From Candidatus Thorarchaeota archaeon (GTDB taxonomy: Archaea > Asgardarchaeota > Thorarchaeia > Thorarchaeales > Thorarchaeaceae): a stretch of DNA of 64,000 nucleotides. A model generated the notes under the pieces. The model was not told the DNA's origin. It did not search any database and saw only the letters and a list, made by a program, of their open reading frames with translations. The position numbers were made by a program, and so were the translations under genes. Location of the stretch: contig JAUWOU010000004.1 of assembly GCA_030612005.1 (NCBI GenBank), forward strand, positions 4,238-68,237, given 5' to 3'. Positions within the stretch are counted from its first letter, which is position 1, and every line of letters begins with the position of its first letter. This document shows positions 10,601 through 19,905 of this stretch, piece by piece.

Positions 10601-12503
10601 GGATCGAGTGTCCTTCATTCAGCAAAATATGGAGCCTCACCGAGGTCGACTTGGCACATATTCATCCATTGAGGATATCACCAGGGGCAAGGTCAGGAAA
10701 CCCTCCCGTGAAACCCAACTAGTATCAAGAACATCACGACGACCTCCGGTTGTGCGACCAACTCCTGTAGAGTTAATAGACACAGACCAGACCCGACATG
10801 ATGAGATCCTTCGTATAAAAAGAACTGTAGAGTTCTTGCTGCCCAAGTGTGATATTTTTGATGAATACTGGGAGGGTGTTCTGAAGAGTACGCTCAAGCT
10901 CTGTAAGAAGTATCAGAGGGGAGAGAATACATCTCTTGATACCTTTGACCAGCTACAGAAACTCTATGCGAAGCTTGAGGGCTCCCGAGACCTCTGGAAG
11001 GACCTCTCATATGAACGAAGATTTGGTAGCGGTCGTGAACAGATCCCTCGAAGTATACTCTCCGTAGTACGAGAAAAGCCAGAGCTCATCACTAGGTATG
11101 GGATTCCACTCTTCCTATTACTTCAAGGAGTAATGAGTGAGGACGACTCAGAGTCTTTGAAGGTCCATGTACCTACCCTTTGGAGCGCAGTGGCAGACTG
11201 GCAATGGGTGCACATGGGTTTCAACCCCCAGAATGACCAGCAGGGACTTGCACAATATAGATTTGATATTCCTGCCCTATGGTCAAATCTTCTCTGGAGA
11301 GCACAACAACTCGCCTCAGGACCTGTCAAATCTAGGCTTTTTGAGAGTCACAAGATTGGGGAACTTATTCCAAGGGGTGATGACCAAGTGTGGCTGGTCT
11401 TTCAGGAAAAGCCAAGGAGTGAGAAGATGATTGCAGGACTCCTCACTGGAGTCAACATGACTGCTCCACTACGGGGTACTTATGAAACAGTAGTAGACCT
11501 CGGTAAACTAGCAGCTTCTGTTGATTACACCCTGGATGAGTCTTCTGATGAACGACAGACCATCATCATCACTCGATTTGATGGGATGGACCTCCTTTGG
11601 GCAAAGCACCTGGAAGAGATTGATGATTCGGATTGGGCGCTCCTTGGAAAGATCAGATACAGAGCACCGAAGGAGGGGATAAGTGCTCCAATCAGAGGAG
11701 TCACTATCTCAGGGGTACCGAAAAAGGTCATTGAAAGAATACCATTTCCTGATGATACTGCCATTCCCTCAGACCTCAGAGTACGAGTGGATGAGAGTCT
11801 GAAACAGATCGTGAGTGATGCAGACCCAGTTCAATCAGTGCGTATCAATGTCACTATCAATGAAGAGTCGGGTTCGTATCTCATCAATCTAGTGGGACAA
11901 AATGAGGAACTCCTAGAGGAACTAGAATATGAAACTACTGATGAGGTGATCGGTTTCTTACGAAGTCCGATGACCAGGGGCGATTATTATCAGGCAGAGG
12001 ATGGTCGGCTGTATTCTTGGAATCCCCTGAAGGACGTTTCGTATGATGATGAGGTTGAAACAACAAATGGACTGTTGAGTCTGACCTTCCTTCGGCCACG
12101 AGTGGAGAATGAGCTATTTCTCAATGGAACATATGTCCTTCCGAGGACTGCACAGGAAGTCATTGAAAGTGAGTTGGGTGAGGAAGTCGTCATGGTGGCA
12201 ACACCGGACCTGGCCCGGTATAGGAAGGGTTGGAAACGGTGCTGGAATGTCTGGTTCATGAAATCTGATCTTGGCGAGGGAATGCGGTCAATGGAACAGG
12301 TATCCTGTACAATCTATGATATTGCATTACTCTTTGAGTGTGAGCAGATATTCGATGTTGATATGAAGAAACACTATCCAACATGGACATCAGTCAACCA
12401 TCTAGCTGAGGTCAAGATTCCAGATGAACTAATTCATCATAGTCGAATGGGACAGCATATGGATCTCAGAAACCTCGCTGAAAAGTATGGGTTATCTTAT
12501 TAG
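7560..12503 (+). CDS. Very large hypothetical protein with PD-(D/E)xK nuclease-like motif and degenerate P-loop-like region (start possibly 7638)
   Basis: 4.9-kb open frame; AEVPV...GQADIVV...FDVKTK...QLQSY; PSGGSSGES and SIIVVDG. Confidence 0.6.
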   Translation: MMHMNKTISQLSLGRSSTSKEQKILGMRMVPAQPAKVLANSIYAGLAALVRLAERRVTKDPEVIRLFNEIKQMWKEACAEYKRLKKMGIPDFSLILNIEHNMRKNYLGMLWYSTRPFGNTEYKRVYRWREGTIGPLNELLNYAGAELRSVAAKYYSFPLVQYYQVRELSDKRVDFVHKSVAPKYPPEKGVKVSWTAAYPGNSKHPLVRVRHSTLPEMDFIDMIRAHVIELVRQCFIHNVPKMASRRYIRLLIYRLQPFLDWVYTDRAQGRGKFWPDADKVLREMVLEVRARYSRRLGRTPRLTHQIESGSRKPSMADIVTQINKAYRQDTSKKMKQTTSELLKLMGYSVDKKRKTLTLRADTSPAMKKALTKIAKDMKYKTREVKEFKEPIKSALTDDDAQDLYDNILSLSQREGNDWHRVLFGDMFHPSSLRQLVYAGDKFLDDTSEYLIAAEVPVKSISGSGQADIVVSVRRSVVGEILYTPIVTFDVKTKTGINWTMRGKQPRTKKEDSRIPGLVVRKRALTSTEWSRIVNSTPSPTELSQLQSYESGLLEEYRELVKQDPDHPKTLWKGIVLLDSDEDRETLFTLLPELVKSVISDLKTGPSPDGRTLYTLNSQGVKKRGQYKFGIVLLPALGPHHLLKQAIPIESIIEDDPFRNRVKDDVHFTLYLTVPSGGSSGESAAWISRNWHLLHYLSDLRETSERQNIKWLDLTGVLAESGVRLQRLRLVGDQKPRKLSRRRLESLQQLTEEIEFHDLSSNLKEYFFSDATTAIEELEAQIRECIQQASDERSIIVVDGWPQLRNIIPSHMDSLLKTLEHRIIEWLPKEDAEVIWLDRPVPVPILSATYQLHRMTPLPHDSPRWFLLDEVIWNLPTSPRNFGWRTPRREDIRVIAQDTPTSNKPRVLSFGVPHLKGWARRFRADSKRERTVSVDEVFGDNETYGRAFYSASYVKVGLGSRKIILDDIYKLVPSLSRVRDTQKGSSDESSKNNSQSKYRVKRQILGKTSSSRGIWDRVSFIQQNMEPHRGRLGTYSSIEDITRGKVRKPSRETQLVSRTSRRPPVVRPTPVELIDTDQTRHDEILRIKRTVEFLLPKCDIFDEYWEGVLKSTLKLCKKYQRGENTSLDTFDQLQKLYAKLEGSRDLWKDLSYERRFGSGREQIPRSILSVVREKPELITRYGIPLFLLLQGVMSEDDSESLKVHVPTLWSAVADWQWVHMGFNPQNDQQGLAQYRFDIPALWSNLLWRAQQLASGPVKSRLFESHKIGELIPRGDDQVWLVFQEKPRSEKMIAGLLTGVNMTAPLRGTYETVVDLGKLAASVDYTLDESSDERQTIIITRFDGMDLLWAKHLEEIDDSDWALLGKIRYRAPKEGISAPIRGVTISGVPKKVIERIPFPDDTAIPSDLRVRVDESLKQIVSDADPVQSVRINVTINEESGSYLINLVGQNEELLEELEYETTDEVIGFLRSPMTRGDYYQAEDGRLYSWNPLKDVSYDDEVETTNGLLSLTFLRPRVENELFLNGTYVLPRTAQEVIESELGEEVVMVATPDLARYRKGWKRCWNVWFMKSDLGEGMRSMEQVSCTIYDIALLFECEQIFDVDMKKHYPTWTSVNHLAEVKIPDELIHHSRMGQHMDLRNLAEKYGLSY

Positions 12504-12558
12504 TGGTAAATCTTACATATTTTCTTACATTTTGCGTTAGTTGCTATTTAGGAATCTA

Positions 12559-12683
12559 TTATCTACGAAGAAACAGAAGACTTCATAATGTCATATTTTC
12601 CAGAATATACTTGACTCCTATTGCCTACTAATGTTACTCCAGAATTTGACAAGCAACGGCTTATCTACGAAGAAACAGAAGAC
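12559..12683 (+). repeat. Exact 23-bp direct repeat TTATCTACGAAGAAACAGAAGAC (12559-12581 and 12661-12683)
   Basis: Read directly; one copy intergenic, one inside the 5' end of the GTPase gene. Confidence 0.9.
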
Positions 12684-13796
12684 ATAGCGCAGCGGATAAT
12701 AGAATTAGAAAAACTTCTGTCTCTTGCCCCACGCCATAAGGGTGGGGAACGAATGGTAGGAGACTACCGAAAGAAACTAGCTCAGCTCAAGGCACTATTA
12801 GAGAAAAGACGAGAGCAAGATAAAGCCAGAAAGAGTGGAGGTACAGAAGAAGGAGTCGTTCGGAAAGAAGGCGCTGGACAAGTTTGCTTGGTGGGAGTAA
12901 CAAATTGTGGAAAATCAAGCATCATTAACGCTGTGACAAATGCAACTTTTGACATAGGAGATTATCCATTTACTACACCTATACCAACTCCAGCAATGCT
13001 AACTTTGGAAGACATCAACATCCAACTTGTAGAACTACCAGGAGTGTTCAAAGGAAGTCATAAAGCAGGAATTGGCAGACAGGCTCTTGCAGTAGCTAGA
13101 AACACTGACTGTATCGCAATAATCATTGATTTGTCACAGGACATCGATACTCAGATGAATGTAATTCTGGGTGAATTGGATGCTGCAAGAATTAGGTTGA
13201 ACAAGGAGAAGACTGCTGTTAGAATTGAGAGGGTTGGTCTCGGCGGTCTCATGATCTATGGTGCTCAGAATTATCAAGGTGATATTGAAGAAGTAATGGA
13301 ATATCTAAGAGCACGCAGAGTATCAAACATCATTGTCAGATTCCAGAAACCAGCCACTTTCGAACAACTCTTGGATGCAATGGATGCGAGTGTTTCTTAT
13401 GTACGCGCCATGGTAATTGCAACAAAGGGTGATTCGGAAGGATCTGAAGCAAGATTCAAAGAACTGGAAGAAAAATACAGTACAAGATTCGATATCATTC
13501 CAATATCTGCCGAAAAAGGAGAAAATCTTGATGGAATGAGTTGGACACTCTACAACCATCTTGATATTCTGAGGGTATACACCAAGATACCCGGACAGAA
13601 GAGGGAAAGGAAACCAATAGTCCTACCTGAAGGTTCAGTAGTTGAAGATGCAGCCGGTAAGGTTCACAAGGAGTTGTTTGTAGAACGCTTCCGGTCAGCT
13701 GTAATCCTTCGAGAAAATGACAAAATTAAACGTAGAGTTGTTGGTCTTAACTATCCACTCCAAGATGGCGACGTTCTTCAACTGGCACATAGTTAG
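12621..13796 (+). CDS. DRG/OBG-family GTPase with TGS domain
   Basis: GVTNCGKSS, YPFTT, ELPG, TKGD, C-terminal TGS (RVYTK...LQDGDVL). Confidence 0.88.
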   Translation: MPTNVTPEFDKQRLIYEETEDIAQRIIELEKLLSLAPRHKGGERMVGDYRKKLAQLKALLEKRREQDKARKSGGTEEGVVRKEGAGQVCLVGVTNCGKSSIINAVTNATFDIGDYPFTTPIPTPAMLTLEDINIQLVELPGVFKGSHKAGIGRQALAVARNTDCIAIIIDLSQDIDTQMNVILGELDAARIRLNKEKTAVRIERVGLGGLMIYGAQNYQGDIEEVMEYLRARRVSNIIVRFQKPATFEQLLDAMDASVSYVRAMVIATKGDSEGSEARFKELEEKYSTRFDIIPISAEKGENLDGMSWTLYNHLDILRVYTKIPGQKRERKPIVLPEGSVVEDAAGKVHKELFVERFRSAVILRENDKIKRRVVGLNYPLQDGDVLQLAHS

Positions 13797-13814
13797 TTGA
13801 ATCTGGAGGCATGA

Positions 13815-14555
13815 ATGTCCATGGAACTACCAAATATTGTTGTGGTTCTAGTTGAGCCTGAGGAACCTGGTAACGTTGGTTTTGTTTCTAGAGTCTTAGC
13901 GAATTTTGGTGTTCCAGAGTTGAGAATCGTGGGATGGGATCCACGGGAAGATATGACTGCACAAATCTTCTCCGTACGTGCAAACAATATTCTTGATTCT
14001 GCAGGTATTTTCGACGATTTACCATCAGCATTAGAAGATATAGAAGCGGCTTGGGCGACATCAGCAAGAGCAGGTAGAAATCATAGCGTAACCAGAGCTC
14101 TGGTTCCCCTCAAAGAGTTGCCTGACCCAACAAACCTTGAAGGAAAAATCGCTCTTGTCTTCGGAAGAGAGAGTTCAGGACTCACAAATGAAGAATTAGG
14201 TCTCTGTGAACTGGCTTTCACAATACCGACCTCAGAGGCGTATCCAAGCCTCAATCTCAGTCATGCTGTTGCGGTTGTTCTTCATCACTTGTTCTCAAAT
14301 TATGGACTTGAGGAACCAAGTGAAATCGTACTACCCAGAGCAGCTACTCGAAAAGAACGAGATCAGGTAATGATCTTCTTAGATGAAGTAATCGATGGAC
14401 TCAATCTGAAAGACTACAGAAAACCAATTGCAAAGCAGGTCTTCAGGAATTTACTAGGAAGAGCCTACATGACAGGACGTGAAGTGACTACCTTAACTGG
14501 TATCGCTCGAAAACTGTACGACCTTGTTAATGATTGCGAGAAGGTAGAAGATTAA
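13815..14555 (+). CDS. trmJ: TrmJ/LasT-family RNA 2'-O-methyltransferase
   Basis: VLVEPEEPGNVG, VFGRESSGLTNEEL, YPSLNLSHAV. Confidence 0.9.
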   Translation: MSMELPNIVVVLVEPEEPGNVGFVSRVLANFGVPELRIVGWDPREDMTAQIFSVRANNILDSAGIFDDLPSALEDIEAAWATSARAGRNHSVTRALVPLKELPDPTNLEGKIALVFGRESSGLTNEELGLCELAFTIPTSEAYPSLNLSHAVAVVLHHLFSNYGLEEPSEIVLPRAATRKERDQVMIFLDEVIDGLNLKDYRKPIAKQVFRNLLGRAYMTGREVTTLTGIARKLYDLVNDCEKVED

Positions 14556-15091
14556 ATGCCATAACCCATTTTTCGTTTGAGTTCTGGGTCAATCTTGTCA
14601 AACACAATCTTGCATGGGGTTGGCATCTTGGGTGCCGCTTTCTTTAGTGCAGCCCTTGCTGCTTTGATGTGCTCACGGTTTGTACGGATTGTGATGAGAG
14701 CCTGCTTTGGTTTGACTCTAGCCGCGGAACCTATGACCTTGCCCCAAGCCCTTCTCATTCCATCCTGCACACGATCCGCACCAGCTCCAGAGATCATCTT
14801 GTTCTCTCGAAGGTAGTGGTAAGGCTTGACACGAATCCGAAGATGATAGTTACTCCTACCAGCATTTTTGTTCATATCACGGTTGGATGCAATACGTGCA
14901 GACTCAAGAGCCTGGTGTCTAATCTGGCATCTCTCAAGACCAATCAGAGATAATTCAACCTCAAATTCACCACCAGGATTGCCCATGTCAAAGCTGACTA
15001 TACGGCTAGCTGGTCTCCGATGGATATACTTCTTCCTCACGAAGGCGGGTCGGTCGCACTCTCGATAACATTGTCCGGGACGTTTTCCCAT
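14552..15091 (-). CDS. rpl10e: 50S ribosomal protein L10e (uL16)
   Basis: RPGQCYR, ALESARI, RENKMISGAGADRVQDGMRRAWGK. Confidence 0.96.
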   Translation of the reverse strand: MGKRPGQCYRECDRPAFVRKKYIHRRPASRIVSFDMGNPGGEFEVELSLIGLERCQIRHQALESARIASNRDMNKNAGRSNYHLRIRVKPYHYLRENKMISGAGADRVQDGMRRAWGKVIGSAARVKPKQALITIRTNREHIKAARAALKKAAPKMPTPCKIVFDKIDPELKRKMGYGI

Positions 15092-15362
15092 AATCGTTCA
15101 CCTGATATTGATGGTCTTGAGTTGCTAGACTCAACGCTTCCGCGAGATGTTTCAATAAAAGGATTATGGAGTGGATGGGAAATCGATAGGTAAGAATGGC
15201 GAATTTTGAAGTGCAGAGTAGCAAAATCGGGTTATAGGGGATTAAAACCAGCTGGTCTGAATAATTTGTGCGAAAGAAACTCTTGATTGGGACTAGAGTC
15301 TTGCACACGTTCCCATAAACAATGAGTGTTTCTTGATGAGCACCGTTTCGTCTGCTGGGTTT

Positions 15363-15851
15363 TCACCATGGTGATGTGATTTCTTTTGGACCAGCAAGAT
15401 GCATCAACAAGAAACCAGTAGCTAGCTGTATAGGAATGGGACCAATGTAGACGAAGACTCCTGATGAGAGCATGACAGGTAATGTTGCTATCAGTGATAT
15501 AATTGGCAGGACTAAAGTCAGAGCTCCAGCTACAAGTGTACTCCTTTTACTTGTTTTACCTCTTATGTAACGAATCACCTGAAATGCGAAGATGATATTG
15601 AAAAAACCGAGCATAAGTCCAGCAGTCAAGGAGTAATAATTCAGCACCTGTAATCCACCTAAAGATGATTCAGGTGGATATATCGCCCAAAAGAGCGCAT
15701 ATATTGCTACACTCACGCTCATATGACCGTCATGACCGCCAAAACCATATAGAAAGGTTGTATACGGTGGCACCACTGTTGCCAATGCCATAATTAGTGA
15801 AGCATATTTACGTATGAGTCGTCCTTCCACATCTGACATGATTCTCTCCAA
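15363..15851 (-). CDS. Membrane protein, paralog of 15932-16465
   Basis: Several hydrophobic helices; GFFNIIFA..V.R.I.GKTS and GPIPIQL...PW shared with neighbour. Confidence 0.8.
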   Translation of the reverse strand: MERIMSDVEGRLIRKYASLIMALATVVPPYTTFLYGFGGHDGHMSVSVAIYALFWAIYPPESSLGGLQVLNYYSLTAGLMLGFFNIIFAFQVIRYIRGKTSKRSTLVAGALTLVLPIISLIATLPVMLSSGVFVYIGPIPIQLATGFLLMHLAGPKEITSPW

Positions 15852-15931
15852 CCACTACAGCCCATATTAGTTACAATTGATAGTTGTGAAATTATGATTT
15901 GAATTATTCGTTAACAATGAGTGTTTCTTAA

Positions 15932-16465
15932 TCACTCCCAAGGAACATCCACTGGTTTTGGACTATATTTTCTGGCAATTAGTATACCCATAATAAGCTG
16001 AATCGGTATCGGTCCTATGAAATACGGGCCGATTGTAAGTAAATAGGGAAGATAGAGAAAGGTTTGATACAATGGAATTGCAAGAGTCAATAAACCTGCA
16101 ATAATCGTCTTCCTCATGGATGTCTTACCTTGAATATGGCGTATAACCAGAACTGCGAAAAGAATGTTGAAGAATCCGAATATTGGTATCCACACCAAGA
16201 TAAGAGGATTAAGGATGTGTAGACCATAGAACACACTACTTGGATCAACTGGCAAGAAAATGCCAAATATGGATGTTCCAGCAAGTTCCCAATTTGCACT
16301 AGGGGGAATGTATGCCCAAAGTACTGAATAGATCATGTTGCCCCCAATAGAGGCCATGCCCCCTGCAAGTGCATAGTAGAACACTGCAAATGGTGCAAAT
16401 AGTGTTGTCAAAATACAAATAACAAGTACTGAAGTGGGAAACAGTTTTTCCTTCTTCTCTGGCAA
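15932..16465 (-). CDS. Membrane protein, paralog of 15363-15851
   Basis: Same shared motifs (GFFNILFA, GKTS, GPIPIQL, PW). Confidence 0.8.
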   Translation of the reverse strand: MPEKKEKLFPTSVLVICILTTLFAPFAVFYYALAGGMASIGGNMIYSVLWAYIPPSANWELAGTSIFGIFLPVDPSSVFYGLHILNPLILVWIPIFGFFNILFAVLVIRHIQGKTSMRKTIIAGLLTLAIPLYQTFLYLPYLLTIGPYFIGPIPIQLIMGILIARKYSPKPVDVPWE

Positions 16466-16618
16466 CTTTTACTCTTCCCTCCCAACAAATCGAAACTGAC
16501 GGTAGCTGTATTTCAGTCTATCCAAAGTTCTTCTATTGCACTACCTTTGATGGCAATGTTGTGGAAAGATGTTTATGGACACACACTACTTCAAGACACC
16601 AGAGTGGTGAAGCGGTGG

Positions 16619-16903
16619 ATGAGTGTAGAGGATAAACCGCCATCGAAAGAAAACAATTCTGCGATAACATCACAGAGAAGAAACTCTAAAGTTGAAACAA
16701 TCTACAAGATTTTAGAAACTGTGCTTGTATCTGAGATTGTTTTATTCCTTTTCGGAGGTTTCTTTGTAACCAATATGGATTCAATTTCATTGCGTATTTT
16801 ATACTGGATAGTGATACCATGGTCAACCCTGATTACGGGAATATTGTTTCTAATAGTACGCTATATGAAACGGAATTATCTTCGTGAAGAAGTTCCATCG
16901 TAG
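16619..16903 (+). CDS. Small two-helix membrane protein
   Basis: Two hydrophobic segments; ATG at 16619. Confidence 0.55.
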   Translation: MSVEDKPPSKENNSAITSQRRNSKVETIYKILETVLVSEIVLFLFGGFFVTNMDSISLRILYWIVIPWSTLITGILFLIVRYMKRNYLREEVPS

Positions 16904-19497
16904 GGGTATCCCTCGTATGTGTCAGAAGATTTGTACTTGTAAATTATCCAGATGGTTGCTATAGTCCCCATAAGCACTATAAGATCGAATCCGGGCCAAC
17001 CGAAGACTGATACAAAATATTGTACGAGTCCCACACTTGAGTCCAATGGATTAAAGCCATTATAGTATTCCCAAGAATCTAGATATCCATCTGCATCACT
17101 ATCTGCAAGTACTGGACTTGTACCAATCACAAACTCTTGCAGGTTGTCCAAATTATCCATATCCGGGTCTAGATGACTGTCATCAACTAACGGATTGAGT
17201 GAATGTTGCACTTCCCATCCATCGGGCATTTGATCAAAATCGGAGTCAGGGTTGGTTGGATCCGTACCATATATGAGCAATTCAGCTGAGTCAGATAGCG
17301 CATCAACATCTGTGTCATTTGTCAATGGACTAGTACCCGCAAGATATTCATCCAGGGCCGAAAGGTCATCGTCATCATCGTCCTGTTGACTATCATAGAC
17401 CAACGGATTCAGTCCATACTGAACTTCCCATCCATCCGGGATTGCATCCGAGTCGGTATCATTATTCAAAGGATCTGTGAAATAGATATACACTTCAGAA
17501 CCATCAGAGAGATTGTCAGAGTCTGCGTCAGGATTGTCAGGAGGTGTCCCCAATTCAAACTCAGCTCGTGAAAACAGTTCATCTTCATCAAGGTCATGTT
17601 CTAGTATCCACAACCCACAATCGATGTCAATCACATAGATGTAACCTTCTTTGTAAAATGCATCTATTGACATTCCGTTAGTCTTGTATGAACCCACCTC
17701 TATGATATTAGTAGGATTCTGAGCATTGAGAATTTGAAGCCCAGCGCCATCAGCAGCAACATAAAACAGTTCATTGTCAACGTATACTCCGCGAACATAA
17801 CCTGGTACATTGTACTCCCAGATTAATTCAGGATTTGCAGGATTAGCTGTGTCGAAGACCTTAACCCCAAAGTTTGCAACTGTCACAACTGTGACATTGT
17901 CTTTTACATGAATTCCTGTTTTTATGCCATAGATTGTGATACCACTACAACGAGTGGGATTGGTCGGAATACTCACATCAACTATCACCAAACCACCATC
18001 ATGAACATAGTAAACATAGTCACCAAACTTGTGGAGTGTTTCAACATCCGAACCATAAGATCCTACTTCATATGGGCTTGCAGGATTACTGATATCGACA
18101 ACCACCAGTCCATCTATGCCACATGCAAGGTATGCAAATTGCTGATCTACATGGACATCATATGTGTAGGTGGATGTTTTACAATGGCCTATGAGGGTGA
18201 TATCTTGGGGATCTGCAACATTGAGAATCAATAGTCCGTTGTCTCTATCAGCAACATATGCGCGTTTATCAACCACGAAAACTTCTACGGCATGACCTGG
18301 TGTTCTGTAGTTTCCAACTTCTACAGGATTTGTTGCATCGGATATGTCTACAACCCTTAAACCGGCGAGATTATTCGCAATATACGCATAATCTCCATTC
18401 ACAGACATTCCCCTGGCACTTCCAGCTGTATTATGGTTTCCAACTTCTAGCGGACTAAGCAAATTTCCAGTGTTGATTATGCTCAACCCTCTTTCAGAAA
18501 CAGGAACGTAGGCGTAATTTCCGTTAACAATAACATCGTAGCCAGGTCCTGATATCGCGCAACGTCCTAATGGACTAGGAGTATGTGGAGATTTGACATC
18601 GAATATCGAAAATGCACCCGCGCCTTCGTTGGGATCTCCTTCTGAAACATAAGCAGTACCGTCTATAACTTTGATATCTGATGAATATTCTATTGTATCA
18701 TGATGGCCAACCTGAGTTGGTGATGAGGGGTTATTTACGTCAATAACGTGAATTCCACCATATCCACTTGCAAGAAAGACATGATTTCCTTCATAGGCTA
18801 TTCCCAACGATGGCCATTCAGTATCGTAATGCCCTACCTCTATAGGACTTTCTTTGACACTAACATCAAACACGCGAATGCCACCGTAGCTATCGGATGC
18901 ATAGACATAGTCGCCGACAACAGTAGCATCTGTTAGTTTTCCTGATGTATCACATTGACTTATCTCAAAGAGTGCTACTGGGTCACTTACATCGACAAGA
19001 ACAAGACCACGATAGCTAATGATTACATAAGCAACCTCGGATTCGACGTAAACCCCCAACGCCCAAGCTGGAGTTCTTAATTGACTGATTCTCTTGGGAT
19101 CGTGTATATTTTCAATGTTGACTATTTGGAGCCCACCAAGTCTACAGGCTGCATAGACAAAGTCGCCCTCAGCATATATTCCCTCAACCACATACCCCAA
19201 GAAAACGCTGGATACGTGAGTAGGTAAAGCGGGATTTGATATATTGAGTATCTCCATGTGGCGTCCGTTTCCAATATATGCCAAATTGTTTTCAACAAAT
19301 ACTGCGTGACAGGGGCCAAGAGTCCAATTTCCAGTTGCCACAACATTTCCATTTGGAGTTTGAGCTTCCTGATACTCAGAGAATGATGTGGGAGTGATTA
19401 ATGGTTCAGTGATTGAAGAAACTCCTACTTGCACTTGCAGCAAACTCAATATGAGAGAAAAAATCAGGATTGGTCGCACAAGTGCTAGTTTAGTCAT
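16876..19497 (-). CDS. Cell-surface LVIVD-repeat protein with Asp-rich Ca-binding repeats and C-terminal membrane anchor
   Basis: Signal peptide; repeated YAYxA...GLxxxDISxPxxP; repeated DxDxDxxxDxxExxxGxxP; C-terminal TM. Confidence 0.88.
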   Translation of the reverse strand: MTKLALVRPILIFSLILSLLQVQVGVSSITEPLITPTSFSEYQEAQTPNGNVVATGNWTLGPCHAVFVENNLAYIGNGRHMEILNISNPALPTHVSSVFLGYVVEGIYAEGDFVYAACRLGGLQIVNIENIHDPKRISQLRTPAWALGVYVESEVAYVIISYRGLVLVDVSDPVALFEISQCDTSGKLTDATVVGDYVYASDSYGGIRVFDVSVKESPIEVGHYDTEWPSLGIAYEGNHVFLASGYGGIHVIDVNNPSSPTQVGHHDTIEYSSDIKVIDGTAYVSEGDPNEGAGAFSIFDVKSPHTPSPLGRCAISGPGYDVIVNGNYAYVPVSERGLSIINTGNLLSPLEVGNHNTAGSARGMSVNGDYAYIANNLAGLRVVDISDATNPVEVGNYRTPGHAVEVFVVDKRAYVADRDNGLLILNVADPQDITLIGHCKTSTYTYDVHVDQQFAYLACGIDGLVVVDISNPASPYEVGSYGSDVETLHKFGDYVYYVHDGGLVIVDVSIPTNPTRCSGITIYGIKTGIHVKDNVTVVTVANFGVKVFDTANPANPELIWEYNVPGYVRGVYVDNELFYVAADGAGLQILNAQNPTNIIEVGSYKTNGMSIDAFYKEGYIYVIDIDCGLWILEHDLDEDELFSRAEFELGTPPDNPDADSDNLSDGSEVYIYFTDPLNNDTDSDAIPDGWEVQYGLNPLVYDSQQDDDDDDLSALDEYLAGTSPLTNDTDVDALSDSAELLIYGTDPTNPDSDFDQMPDGWEVQHSLNPLVDDSHLDPDMDNLDNLQEFVIGTSPVLADSDADGYLDSWEYYNGFNPLDSSVGLVQYFVSVFGWPGFDLIVLMGTIATIWIIYKYKSSDTYEGYPYDGTSSRR

Positions 19498-19634
19498 TAC
19501 GGAGCTCCCTGTATAGATTCACAACCGTTGTTAATAATCTTGACAACTTAGCAGTGGAAGATGGATTGATAACCTTTCGAGGGTATGTAAGGATTAGAGG
19601 GATTCGCTAAGACTCCAATAAGGAGTTACAAATT

Positions 19635-19853
19635 ATGGGAAAGAAAGGTGTCGCAGTTGGTGCTATCACATTCATATTAGGTTTACTAATCTTTGTTGAT
19701 GATTTGCATGATTTTGTACCGGGTACTGAATTTCTACATTTTCTACCAGATTTCGATCCGTACATTATCGGTGGATTTCATTTGCACCATCTCTACTTAG
19801 GAATCATCATCATGCTGGTGGGATTATACATAGCCACAAAGTATGATGAGTAG
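19635..19853 (+). CDS. Small membrane protein with HLHH motif
   Basis: AGGAG RBS, two hydrophobic helices. Confidence 0.7.
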   Translation: MGKKGVAVGAITFILGLLIFVDDLHDFVPGTEFLHFLPDFDPYIIGGFHLHHLYLGIIIMLVGLYIATKYDE

Positions 19854-19905
19854 TGAACACAGGATTTACTGTTCGCTCTTGACTCGGACAGTTCAGTAGG
19901 AGAAC

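Noticed and set aside
4713-12588. ACGAAGAAA...CTTCATAA at both island edges as a target duplication
   Set aside because: Match is gapped and resembles generic BRE/TATA promoter sequence
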